DNA from: Vicugna vicugna
Taxonomy: Eukaryota
Assembly: GCA_013265495.1 (NCBI GenBank)
Contig: MU058718.1
Span: 3,486,081 to 3,550,080 of the forward strand
DNA: 64,000 nucleotides
Direction: 5' to 3'
Shown: in pieces, positions 25,647 through 41,069 of the stretch
How positions within the stretch are numbered: position 1 is the stretch's first letter
Layout of the letters: each line of letters starts with the position of its first letter
Position numbers and translations under genes: made by a program
The notes under the pieces: model-generated
Told to the model about the DNA's origin: nothing
Databases searched by the model: none
Seen by the model: the letters and a program-made list of their open reading frames with translations, nothing else

Positions 25647-27419
25647 CTGCCTTCTGTTAAAAATACAGATTAACAAATGTTAAAGAAATGCTAACACCAA
25701 AGACTTTCTAGGAAGACCGAAAGAGAAGCGATAGTGATTCACTATCATTCAAGACTGGATCTCTGGCACACTCCTAAGTCACTTAAGTCACCTCTTTCAC
25801 ATGGGGTTGGGTGGTCCCTCCCCACAGTCTGTAGTTTGGACATCCTATCATTCAGTTTTTCCTCTTTGAGGGATGTGCAACTCAGGGGTGCAGCCTCACT
25901 GACTGGACACAGAATCAAGCAAATAGGGTGTTTATTAGTTCACCATTGTCCTAGGTTTCCAATAAGAATTCATCCAAGTAGATAGGGGAGCTGGGATCCA
26001 CCCATTTGAAACTGTCTTAAGCAAAACTAAGAAATAGCAAGTTTGCCTTTGGTGTCATCCGTCTCTTCTTTTGCACCCTCTAATTTCTCACTCCCCATCC
26101 AGGTACCCAGACAATTTTTTTGCCTTTTGCTGCTCAGAGGTCTCTCCAGGAGTAAGACCTACTCAGACCTTGCCTCATCCCACTGCCCCACTCTACCCTC
26201 CAGCTGTGAACTATTTCACACCAACATGTGAATGACTCAAAACTGGCTTAATGCTGTGACCATCCTAGAGGTCTGCAAAACTGATTTTAAAAACGCTTTT
26301 TTAATTATCTTACTTGTCAAAGGAACAGTCCTTTCAGGCCTGGTTATGTTAAGATCAACCATTTTGATGCTGCCCCACCCTCACTTTTAATTCAGGGCAT
26401 TTCTGGCCTCATCCAGATGGCCAAATGCTCATCCTCGTGTCTCCCGAATGCTTTCCTATGCAGGTCATCAGTGATGCAGGTATTGTATATTGGAGTTCAG
26501 TCTCAGCTCTGCCCCACAGGCCTAGAGTCTAAAGCCTGGATGCTGGGATGACAAGGGTCTGGATATTTTGCCAGACCCATGCGATCTGAAGTTTTATTTT
26601 TATGGTGAAGGCTGCACTTAGCTTGAGTCAAATAATCCCACCCAGTGCATCATCTCAAAATTATCAGCTTTGCTTTATTATTAACAGTAGAGTCTATAAA
26701 TCTAAGATTAATAAGTCTATTGTACTAAGATTTGGTGGGGGGGAGTCAATTCTGGCAGTGAACTATTTTTGAAATAATAGATTAATATCACTTTTAATTG
26801 AAGAAAAAGTCTCTGACAGAATAAAATACCATGCGTTTGCCTTTGCCAACTTTTAAACACACACACATAAATACCTCCAAAGCTGGAGGTGAACAGTGCA
26901 AAGATCAGCCCATACTGCAGATTAAAACAGAATGCTTTGTTTTATGTAAACAAAGCAACCGGCTCAATGAGTTATCCTCCATTGTATAGGGACACACCTT
27001 TCTCTCCTCTCTTCCTCCACCCGCCCTCGGTTGAAACACGAGAGTTCGAACAAGTTAAAAAGCCCCGGCCACCTCATCAGCCCGAAGGCCCAACTCCGGG
27101 CTTCTGATTCTCACCAACCTGTCCCCACGGATGAGCAGGAGGGTGCTTTGACAAGGCAAGCCCGGGTCTGGGAGTCAAGAAGCCCGAACGCCTGAGTCCT
27201 CAAAAACTAAGTGAAAGGAAAGGGGGCGCCCTGGGATTCCTTGCTGAGGTCTGGGATCCAAGATGGGGATGCCCAGGACTAACAGCGACGCGGGACAGCT
27301 GCAGTAAGGGTGCTGACCCTCCACGATCCCTTCTGAAGCTTACAATAGAACGCATTCCATACGAGAAATAATAACAATCACATAGCAAATTAACATCTCT
27401 GAAACAAGTTTGCCAGTAG

Positions 27420-28520
<1,101 letters not shown>

Positions 28521-31500
28521 GGATGAAACCCCTGCCTCCGGGAAGCAGAATGTGTAGGGAGGGAAGACAGATGCAAAGGTCGTCCTATGGTAATAAGAAC
28601 TAGGCGGAGAGGAAGGAGAGAGAGGAAGGTGCTTCACAGCCCATAGGACCTTCAGAAGACGAGACGGGTTGCGTGGGAGTCCAGGGCTTGGCGTGAGCAC
28701 CGCCTGCGTGTGGTGGAGAGGGGGAGGGAGAGGGGGAGGGAGAAGGGAAGTGGGGGAGAGGCCCCGCCCCACCGGCACGGCTCTGCTCGCCTCCTCCCCA
28801 CCAGCTCCTCTGAGTGTGGTGTGGAGCTCTTGGACTTCCTTGATTCCTGCGGCATGGAAACCGAGGGTCAGGCTCCCCAGCTGAGGAAAGCTGTTCATAG
28901 ACCACCCCTGCCCGCTGCGCAGGGGCCGGAGTGGACGCTGATGGGCCCACGGAGGAGCACCTCCTCACCCCGGAGGGTGCAGCGGGGAAGGTGGGGCGGG
29001 GTGGATGGAGGAGAACTTGGCAGCGAGAGGGACTGCGCTGTGCAGTGAGGGTGAGAGCGGCTCTGGCAGCTGCAGTGAGGGCGGTTGTGAGTCTTGGGAG
29101 AGGAAACTGGAAACGCTGGTTGGAGGCGTAATTGGAAAGTGTGAAAGGTGGATATATTCTGGATGCAGTGGGAAATACGTATAACATTTATTAGGAATTT
29201 TTAAAATATTAAAGTATGAAAAAGAATAGTCCATAATCCCAGTGCTCAAAGAACCCCTGAGCAAAAGAAAGTAAATTTTCAGAGTAAGAAACTGCAGCTG
29301 TTGCAAAGCATTCAAAGGGAAGGTAACTTCCTCACCCCAGAGGTCTAGGCCTCTCTACCCAAAGATAGCAATGGCTAAAATATATCCTAGAAAACACTAT
29401 ATTTACAGTATTTACAAAATATTTACAGTATTTTTTTATTTGCATAGAGGAGACTGCATCTTACATTAAAATTTATTTTTTGAGCTTTTAAGCTGGAGAT
29501 TTGTTTTAGACCCTCACTCCCCAACCCCCTACCCCCACATACACACTCACCTTGTGTGTGTCTCCTCCAGTGATTTAACTTATCTGGTACTTTATAGTTT
29601 TCTAGTTCTCTTGCTAGTTTCTGCATTGGGCAAGCACTTCCTGCTTGAGTACAGGTGTGAGCCAGGTATTCTGAGTGATACAAGTGAACAAGACCCATGC
29701 CACATATGTTAATAAAGTATCTACTCTATGACAGTCGTTCACATAAACGGAAGGTCCCTGCCCTCAGCGTAAGAGTGGAGCCAACTGGTGTGTCCAGGCT
29801 TCTCTCCCACCTCCCCTGCTCTCCAGTAACTGCAGACGAATCTCAAATCTGGATCTCTAGTCTGAATTCCTTCTCAGACTCCATCCCTACATTTGTAAGT
29901 GCCTGAAACATAACCCAGGTCTCCCCTTATTTCCTTGAACTCAGCGGGTTAAGAACTCAAATCACCACCCCTCCCAATCCTGCCCTATCTTACGTGTTTC
30001 TGAATTTAATGGCATTGCCATCCTGACAGTCACCTGGGCACAAACTTCAGTCTCACTTCTGATTTCCTCCCGTAATGTCCATTCAGCAAGTTGCCAGATT
30101 CTGTTGATTTCTGAAGCTTGCCTTGAAATTACCTGGTTTCCTCCATTCTCACTTCTCTGCCTGATTGAGGCCCTAGCCTCTAGTCTTCAATGGGGTAGTT
30201 CTCTAAGTGGTTACCTTGCTTCCCAGAATTGGTTAAACTGGCAGCATGCAGCTGAATATGGCTAACAGACTTATTTTGTTTGGTTGGTGAGACATCTTTA
30301 AGCAATTTTATTTTCCATGCCTTTGGGCGGGACGTGTCCTCTCCAGTTCTTGGCCCAGGACTCCTTGTTTTTCATGGCCGCCCTTACGCATTTATTTTTT
30401 CTGCCTGGCTCCTGAATGCATTTGAATTTGCAGCCGCATCTCATTCTGTGCATTATAGTCTGATTAAGCTTCCTAAAGCAGTACATCGTGGCCTCTGCTC
30501 AGATATGTACCACTGATGCCCATTGCCTGCCATAGCCCTTAATCAAGGATTAAAGACCCTTCTCAGTCCGAGTGAGCCTGTCCCTCCCATCTTCTCTCTC
30601 ATTACCCTCCCGGACTTACCTTATTCTCCCACCAAACCTGTTCACTATCCATGTCCTGTTCCCCCCACTTCTGGGCCTCTGCCCACACTGCACCTTCAGT
30701 CGCAATGCCCTTCAGACCACATGTCTCTGTCCTCAACCCTTGCCTGTCCTGTGAGTCTCAGTTGTGTTGCCTCCTATTCCATCCACCTTCTCAGAACTAC
30801 GAGGGCCTCTGCTTAATGCTAGGAACAAATTATAATTATTTAAAAAATATTGGTTGTTGTTATGTCTTCTTTATTTTATCATTACAAGCCTTTTGAAAAT
30901 GTCCATTTTTTGTAAAATATATAGAGAATATTAGTAATGGTGGTGCATATATTATAATTTATAAGGTATATTGGAGCTGCTCAATTATTCTACTACCAGA
31001 AGTTTTAAATGTTTAGAGACCACTAAGAGGATGGGGGAGAACTTTGATATTTTAAGAACTTTGATATCCCTAAATATAAGGTGGCCCCCCAATTTATTTA
31101 TGAGAAAATGAGAAGTCACCTTAAATTCTTGTCCTTATAAAATCTGTCATATAACAAAGTGCTCTCTCAATTACTTGAATCTTAAGCCCATGCTCATTTG
31201 GAATCGTTGAAAAGGAGGCAGAGTTAACACAGATCTAGTCATTATTCGGGGCTATGACCTAACTACATATGTTGGCTATAGATACTGTATTTATAAGCAA
31301 GCTTTTTATCGATCACTAAAAAGTAAAAAGCAATATGAAGTGGTTGTATTATAGAGATCATGAAAATACACACAGGGAAGAATAAACAAACTGCTCTGAT
31401 GTTATACATAAACGGATATTTGTGGCTTGAAATACTCCTCCCTGTGACATACAAGAGCCTGGCCTTGGGGGTGAGTGGCACCTTGCACCTCTTTGGCCTG

Positions 31501-32760
31501 TGTCTGTCCCAGGAAAGATGCTTTTTCCCAGCTCACACAAAGGCATCTAACAAGATAATGAGGCCCCTAATGACAGCGCTATAGGTATTCAAACAACTTG
31601 GGTAAAAATAATGGTGATGTGCTCTGCAAAGTAGTGTTAGATGACGCGTTGACTGTGCATGTGAAGACTTACAATTCAGTTGTTTCATAAAATGAAAGTG
31701 GGAAAAAGTGAAATTTCTAAATTGACACTTTCATATACTATTTTCAGTATGTACGTGTAACTAATAGGTTAAATATCATAATAGGCATTTCGTACATTAA
31801 ACTATATTCATATTTTTTTATATTTTCAGGTTGACCGAATACTTTTCTTATTGATTCTTCCTGTTGGGAAATGGGGGAGCCTCTAAAATTTGAGGTGACT
31901 TTGTATTGATACTGATGCATTTACAAATTTCTGTTTTGTGTTTGAAAACAAAAGAGGAACTGATATGGAAAGTAAGATATTTTAAAAGGGGAGGACAAAG
32001 TTACTCACTGATCTCTTTCGGTTTTTTAATTAATAATCTGTGCTTGTATTTTAAAGGGTTTTAGGCAAGTCTGAGCTTTGTACCTTTCGCTTTCAACTCT
32101 GATAGTATCTCCCTGGCTTTTGCTATGTCAAAGGCAAACAGTTTCTAAACTAATAACGAAATGACCCATTTCATCAAGAATAAACACCGACGAACCTGAG
32201 GTAGTCTTTTGTTATGCTTCATAGACTTTCTAGAATAATTTTAATTCCAAAATAATTAATTATATCGTCACTTGCAGGAACAGTTAAGGAGGAATATACG
32301 TGGTAGCCATCGGGTGTATCAACTCCTTCTTGAAGGAGTTGTGTTTCCTGGATGACTTGAGATTATCACAGCCCACTCCACCTGACCCTCATTCTGTAAA
32401 TATTTTACATGATATGAGCTGTGTCAGTCTGACTTCGATTTACCCAAAATGTATGTTTTTTCATAAGGCTCATGAACGGGGGAAAAAAAACCCCACAAAA
32501 CACTGAATCTAATTAGTTGGATGAGTTTGCTTTTTTTTTCCTCCCTGGGGGTAAAAGATATTTTTAAAAGTATTGCCAAACCAGGATATAAAATGGTTTT
32601 CCTGAAGCCGGTTATCAGGAGCACTTTCCTTCAGCCCTGGGTGCATCCTACTGGGGTCTCACTTGGACCTGAGTTACAGTGGTCCTGCCTGTGTGTTTCT
32701 TCTTGGTGACCTTGTGTTTTCATGTTGACAAGTAAGGTTGGCCTCATACAATTAACATGA

Positions 32761-32919
<159 letters not shown>

Positions 32920-35073
32920 TAAAGTTCAAGTTCAATTCAGGAACCTTGGGTATGTCATGCTCAAAAAAAAAAAAAAAACTGAAAAATTGCTTCTATAGGC
33001 ATGGCTGTCACGAACTATTCGAAATGTGAACTTGGTACTAGAGAACTAGTGTTGTCTCATGAGAATTTTCTTCCACAGTCCGTTTTTGACAGCATTCCAC
33101 AGTAAATTACATTTTAGAAATTAGCACCTGAGCAACCTTTGAAAAGTGCTTCGGTCCCTGCTGTCAGAATCACACGCTTTACTTTGGGCTCCAATCCACT
33201 TTTTCAAAATGATCAAAGTTTGACGTTTATTCATTTATCAGGGCAACATCTGAAAATAATAAGCTTTTAAAATTCTGTTGTCAGACTTTCTCTATTGCTT
33301 AATGAGACGTAAAGCACACGTCCTCTTTATGAGGAGCCTGAGGCCGTGAGCCTAATGTGCTCATTTGTTTTTTATGAATATGTTTAACTGTTTCTCCTCT
33401 GAGCTTCCAGTATCTTCATACCAAGAATAATCCTGAACCTTTCTGATGTGGTTGAAAGGAGGAACGTGTACTTGCAAAGATGCACTCTAAATGAGAGACT
33501 GTTTAAAGCGCTCCTTGTCCTTGGCAGGGGATTGTCCCCTTGTGACCAGCTGCTTGTCACTGGGGCTGGTCTCCTTCATGTGGGCCACATAGACTATTTC
33601 GTATGAAAGAACCATTGCAGCTCTTCTCCACTTCCATTTTCTCTGCTTCCCCTGATATCAGCCGACAAAAATGTACCTCCTTCAAACCAGCATCTACCAG
33701 GTTGGGATGAAGTGACCAACTAATGCCTGCTTGCTCAAGGTGCAGACTTACGTGTTTAGAATTTTAAAAATCCTTGGTGCTAGTATTAGCATTTGATGTG
33801 TTGTGCACAAGGACCCAAGGACTCTAATCACCAGGGAACAAATTTGAAAGCCCTTTCAACAATGAACAGAAGCAAATCCATTTTTGAACTCTTAGAAGAT
33901 TCAGTTATCAAGATTTGTGTCAGAAGCAACTTTGGATAGAAGGTTAGGGATCCAAGTAGGTAGCCCCATGCCAACTGGGGCATCAACTTCAACCATAGTT
34001 ACATCATATGCATACTTTTTCAAATGTGCAAATTATGTTTCTGTTTTAAATAATATTTTATTTCATGGATTACATCACTTTCAGATAAGAATGCAGGCAT
34101 TTCACAACAGACCGTCATTAGCCAAGCACAGGCTGGATTATCATCTAGTCAGCATAGGACGGGTTGTTCAGTGTATTTGGCCATCAATTTCCTCACTGTC
34201 AGATGAGCAGACCAAAGTGGTCTCTAGGGCTGCAGAATTTTGCCATGAGTCCACACGGCTGCTAGTGGCCTCTGGCTGTGCGGGTCCCAACAGTTTGGGG
34301 CAGGGAGCTGGCTGGCAACCAATTCCATCCAAGCCCAAGGTCACAGATGCTCTTTGGCTTCCCATAGTCTCTTATGGACCCCAGAGAGATGTAGAGGATT
34401 TTAGGCCCATCCACCTGGACCACAGTTTCCTTGACTGCCGTCGGGCCCCAGGTTCTCACGGGCAGTGACTCACTAACTGGTTTTGGGTTAACAGTCTTTG
34501 ACCTTATTGCGTAAATATGTTGTGGTCATGAAAAGATGAACTTTCATCCTTCCCAGAAAGTCTGACCACATACTTTTTGATAATTTTCAAAATCCTTTAG
34601 TCCATTTAGTGTCAGCTTGGTATTGGACTATTTCTGAAGTTTTGCATGGACAGCACAAAAATAATAGTTTTAAGAAATAGTAATAGCTAACATTTTTTGA
34701 GGAATATCTGCCCACGAATAATTCTAAATGCTTTGTAAAACCTCATTTAATTCACAACAGCTCTAAATGAAGTATTTCCTATGACCTTCCTTTTTAAACA
34801 AGAGGTAAAAGGAATAGCAAGATTTAGTACCTGGCCCAAGGCCACATAGCTAAGAAGTCGCGACGTCAGCGATGGACATTTAGAGCCCATGTTCTCCTCC
34901 AGGCTGGGCTGTGCCGCGGGGCCGTGCGGAACCGTGCGGGACCGTGCCGGCTGTTTGCGTCTGCAGACCCTCATCAGCAGGGGGTGGCTGATGCCAGAAG
35001 CAGCAGTGAGGGGAATGCCAGGACTGAGGTCACAGATGAACCCAGAGGCCCAGCCCAGAGCTTTGGGAAATGA

Positions 35074-35226
<153 letters not shown>

Positions 35227-35779
35227 TGACGTCGTGAGTGTGTCGTGCTGCCCCGCCGCTGACGCCTCCGCAGGTGCTGTGCCCGACCACACGGAAAGAG
35301 CCTAAAGGCTTTCCGGGAGAAGTGTGAGCTGTGACCTGGTTATAGATGTGCTTGTTTTTGAGTCTGCACCGTGCTGTGACCAGTTCTAGACAAACGGTAG
35401 GGAAGGGAACTTGAACAAAAGAGACATTGCTTAAAACGCTTAGAGACCTTGCTTCAAACCCCAGAGTTACCAGATCCTTCCTGTGCACTCAAGGGTTTCC
35501 CAAGTGGCCCCTTCACTTCACTGTTACTTGTTCACAGCTGCTCAATTCACATGCCTGTGTGGTGTGACCTAAGTTGTTGAGCCATTGTGTTGTTGTCCTG
35601 TGCACTTGACAGTTTGCTTTTTGATTGACTTCGTAGGCAATGACACATGTGTTGTATTATTGGTATGATTTAGTTAATAAATACCCTTTTTTGGATGGAT
35701 GCAATTTGAGTTCTTTGCTTCATCCAAGAAATGGTTTTTCAACAAATATAGAGGAAAACATCACAAATATAATACCAAT

Positions 35780-36310
35780 GCCGTTACATTAAAAATGTGC
35801 ATCCCTGTGACCAAGCAGCTCTACTTCCTGATGTCTGCCGCGTGTGCACAAGGAGGTGTGTGAAAACCTTGTTCCAATACTGTTTGTAAGAGCAAAATTT
35901 TAGGAATAACCTAGTGTCCACTGATAGGATAAGTAAAGGAACAGCCACGTTACAGAATAATATGCATCAGCCCAGGAGAATAAAATCGCTCTGCATGGGC
36001 TTCCCTGGACAGACCTTGGGGAGGGGCAGAGGGTGGGCAGAGGAAACAAGTTGCCCTAAAAGCCACACAGTGTGATACTATTTATGTTTTTAAAACTGTA
36101 ATATTTCCTGTGAGTATGTGCATATGTAAATCCATAGAAAAAAGTCCGGAATTTGAAAGGCTGAACTGCTGCCTGTGATCTTCCCTAGAGGGGAGTGCAG
36201 AATTGGAGGTGGCAACCAAAGAGGATGCTAGCCTGTCTGGAACATTTTCATTGCTTTTACAAGGAGGATGTGAGTGTATTAGTTGTGAAATTTAACTTTA
36301 ATAACAAAAT
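35780..36310 (+). mobile_element. Old L1 (L1M-type) 3' remnant
   Basis: tgaccaagcagctctacttcctg...tgtttgtaagagcaaaa...aacctagtgtcca; heavily diverged. Confidence 0.55.
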
Positions 36311-37849
36311 TATATGACCACACATCTGTGCATCAGATTGTAGTCTTTTAGAAAAGATCCCCAAATCTTTTAATTTTACACACACTTTCTAGTGACTAGA
36401 AATCCATTTGCATGTGATGTGTTTCATATTGTTTACTCCTCACTACATTAGTTGCCATGTATTTTAACGTTGCAATTAGTCACAGAGGACACTGCCTTTG
36501 GGATACTTGTCACCTTGTGAGGTCGCTGACCAGGTAAATTGGTAGGCTTTCCACGGAGTGGAAGGAAGACCAGCAGGGTCAGTGGCACGCATATCCAAGA
36601 GTTTCAGCCAGCCTGCCTTCCTTTTATGTAAAGCCTATTTGTTGGCAGGATTAACCCCACTCCGGGCCGGACAGGGAAGGAGCGAATGAAGCTGGGTAAT
36701 TCTCAATAGATGACCTGATCTGTTACCAGACTGAAAAAACTGGGACTCCATTCTCGTCAGGATCTAAGGATAATTTGATTAGGACCCAGGAAAAGACAAA
36801 TTACCACAGCTCATCGAGAGCAGAACCTGGGGCAGAGCCAGGCCGCATGTGCACAGGATTGGAAGAACTGTTGTGATGTCACAGTAACTTGAAGGTCTTG
36901 GCCACTGGCCTCTGTGGATCCATTCTAGGACTCCACCATGAACCTAAGTCAGTCTCTTTCTGTTTGATCTAGTTTTCAGTGTTTTCAGTTTTAGAACCTA
37001 CTGTATTTTTTCATTCTCTGTTTCTCTGTTCAAATTCCTGAGAGGGACAGTCTGGCAAGTGTAACCCCTCAGATGGCACCTGGCCACAAGGTAGATCCTA
37101 CCCAGCCTGCCGATTGGCTGCCCTGGATCAGCTGCTCTGTCATTAAAAGCTCTTGGCTACAAGTAACAGAAAACCTAGCAAAAGCTAGTTCAACCGACAA
37201 GTTCATGTATTACCACAGAACAAGAACTCCAGAGGTTGGCCACTCTAAGATTAATTTATTCAGTGGCACAGTTCAGTTAGGATTCTGGGTCTTTGTGGTT
37301 CTTTTGACTTTCCCCTCAAGGAAAAATGATATCAGCAGTAAGAAAAATCTTTCACTGCACCCGGCAGACTTCCTAACACCTCTCGTTGGATTGTGTCATT
37401 GTATGTTCGTGCCAAAGCCAAACACCAGTGAAGGAACCAGAATTACTACAATTAGCTTTGAGGTTAAGAGCAGTCAAGCAAGGGTCACTTCCTGGTCCAG
37501 CCTCCCTGAAGCAGAAGGCCACCTGATGTGTGAACAACACTAGAATTCCATTAGCCAGAAAGAGTCTGCCACAGACGTCCAGCTTCCCCAAAAAGGACAG
37601 TGTGAGGGGCAGACACAGGAACAGACATATCTAACGCAGGCCAGCTTCCTCATCTGTTCTCACATGAAATGCCAGCATGTACGCAGGGGTTATTTCTGGA
37701 TGGCGAAGTAATAAATGATGTTTGTTTTCTTTTTTATACATTTTTGTATTTCCTAACTTTTCTATAGTATTCATTTTATAATTAGAAAAAAAAAGTGTTA
37801 TTTAAAAAAAAAAATCAGTACCCACTGTGCAGCAGGCTCTGTGCTTTAA

Positions 37850-38314
<465 letters not shown>

Positions 38315-40336
38315 TGAAGATACTTATCACCCACTGCCTGACTGTGGACCACCTATAATGTGCGATGTCCTGTCTCTGCAGCACGTAAAATGGAAGAACA
38401 TAGCTTTTAGTTCATGATCTTTCCCAGTAGCCTTTGATGGTAGGAAACATGTCACCATTTTTGTGAGACAACTGAGGTCCTTAAGAGGAGATGCTACCTC
38501 AGACCACACCGCTGGCAAATATGATTTTGTGTCCCCAGATTTCCAGTCCACATTCAGTATTCTCTTCTACTCTTGAGAGTCTTGCCTTCCTTAACATGTC
38601 TATCTGACAAGATGCAGGAGCTCAGTGTTCTGACTTTTTTTTTAATAAGATAAAAGCAGACCATCTTGTAAACTATTATAACAAATAAGTCTGGCACATA
38701 TTTAACATTATAGCGCTCCCTAGAAAATTGCACAAATAGTAATTAATCCATACAAATGATTCTCATTTTATTTTTATATAACCAAACCAGATTCTTAAGT
38801 ATTTATTTTTCTTTGTCTTTGATCTCTCTTTGAGCTACAGTTAGCCCTAGTGTTCACAATTTTCCCTGTTGTGATTTGAATTTTTTTCTCTCTCTTTCTT
38901 TGCATCATGCACACACACCACTGACAACATTTCCAAAAAGCCTGAGGTCTCCGAGCCCCTCCCACACTCCCAAGAGTCAGTCCAAGGGCAGCGCGCTCAA
39001 GGATTGAGTGGGGGAACCTAGGCTGGAGCTATTCCCAGGAGAGAAAAGGGTCACTCTCCCACTCACATCAGCTACATGGTTGCACTTACAAGGGAGAGAG
39101 CTGATGAAAATTGCACTATCTGGGAAGATTTTTAAAGGTTGATGGACTTTCAGTTTTTGAAGTCTCTCTTCAAGGAAGATTTGCAGTAATAAAGTTCATT
39201 GTGAACTCTCTCCCTCTTCCCCACAAAAATAATTTTATCGTTAAGTGCCTTGAACTCTAGTGGGGATCGTTGAAACCTTATCAGGAATCGTCCTCTGTGA
39301 AAATAACTGGTCGCTGGGAGGAAGATGGGGAAAGACAGTTGCAACAGCCTCGCATTAAACTTTAACAGTCACACACTAAAGTTCTTCACGGAAAGTCGCT
39401 GACAGTAGATATCTCAGAGTTGAATCGAGTGGTATCTGCTGGAACCTTCTCTCTTAGAACCCGTGCCGAGCCTGCTGTAACTAGTCATGCGCAGTTCACA
39501 TTACCCAGCAGGCTTCTCGTGACCACTGTTGGCATTACCCAGAACATTGTTCAATTATTGATATCATCAGAAAGCAAAGTTTGTTGACAGCTCCTGCTGT
39601 TTGCTCACTGGTTCATGTCCTGTGCATCCCACAGCTGAGGGGAAAAGCAGTTCTTAGAATTCAGCCACTGACAGGTCCTGAGCTGACCCCTGCTCCCATG
39701 CTGGCTGGGTACAGATGCTTTGATAATTCCTCTAGGAAGATGCCAGTCCAGCTGCCACCTGCCCTCCACCCTACCCCTCAAAACGGGCATGTTGCCCCTG
39801 ACTCCACAGACCCACGCTTGCTTTGTCTCAGCTCCTTTTCATCTGGGATGTTCAGCTCCAAACAGCTCACTTGAATGTGAGTGAAAGCTCTTCTCCCATC
39901 TGGCCCCGCCCCCCTTCCTATGGCTCAGCAAGTGAGGGCATTCAGCGGTCACTGGCTACATGGAAGCCTAAATGTACAGACCGATTTGTTAATTCGTTGG
40001 AAGAAAGCAAGGTAGAAAGGAGATTTATCATCATCCCACAGCTTCTGTGGATTTAGCAGGGGTGGCTGGGGGCCATTCTCTCTCCTTCGATCTGTTCAGA
40101 CGAGCTTGTGTTTATGAAGTATCTATTTTTCAATTTATCTTAAAAACAGACTTTGTAACATTGAGGGAATTATTGACTGATTCCTTGCCAAATGAGGAAG
40201 AGACTCAATAAAGAACAGCAAGCTAGGAAGTCTTTTCTCCTATAGAACTTGTTAACCCAATGAAATTAAAATCAGCCATTATTTGGCAAGGAAAAATCAG
40301 AGCAACATTGGATGGCAGTTAGAGTAATTGGCTGAC

Positions 40337-41069
40337 ACTATGAGGACAGTATGGAGGTTCCTTAAAAAACTAAATATAGACTTACTGTATAATCCAGCAA
40401 TCCCACTCCTGGGCATATATCCAGAGGAAACCATAGTTTTAAAAGACACATGCACCCCAATGTTCATAGCAGCACTGTTTACAACAGCCAAGGCATGGAA
40501 ACAACCTAAATGTCCATCAACAGATGACTGGATAAAGAAGATGTGGTATATTTATACAATGAAATGCTACTCAGCCATTAAAAAGACTGCAGTAATGCCA
40601 TTTGCAGCAGCATGGATGGACCTAGAGATGATCATATCAAGTGAAGTAAGTTAGACAGAGAAAGACAAATATCATATGATATCATTATATGTGGAATCTA
40701 AAAAAAAAAAAAAAAGAAAATACAATGTCTGTTTACAAACCAAAAACAGACTCATGGACATAGAAAACAAACTGTGTTACCAAGGAAAAAAGGACAGGGA
40801 AGGGATAAATTAGGAGTTTGGCATTAACAGATACACATTACTACGTGACTATATATAAAATAGATGACCAACTGTATAGCACAGGGAACTATATTCAATT
40901 TCTTGTAATAACATATAATGGAAAAGAATCTGAAAAGAAAAAATATGTATGTGTATAACTGAATTGCTTTGCTATACACCTGAAACTAACATTATAAATC
41001 AACTACACTTCAATAAAAAATAAAAAGTCATTAAAAAAAAAGTCATTAAGGGCAGAAGAGAAAAAAAAT
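40337..41069 (+). mobile_element. 5'-truncated L1 (end of ORF2 plus 3' UTR)
   Basis: Encodes PAIPLLGIYP...CTPMFIAALFT...WKQPKCPS; A tail; TSD gagtaattggctgac (40322-40336) vs gaataattggctgac (41070-41084). Confidence 0.92.

Noticed and set aside
33917..34468. 183-aa ORF in PYGL intron 2
   Set aside because: Non-ATG start, no recognisable homology, no retrocopy hallmarks (poly(A), TSD).
40328..40654. 108-aa ORF resembling a retroelement protein
   Set aside because: C-terminal fragment of a 5'-truncated, non-autonomous L1 ORF2.
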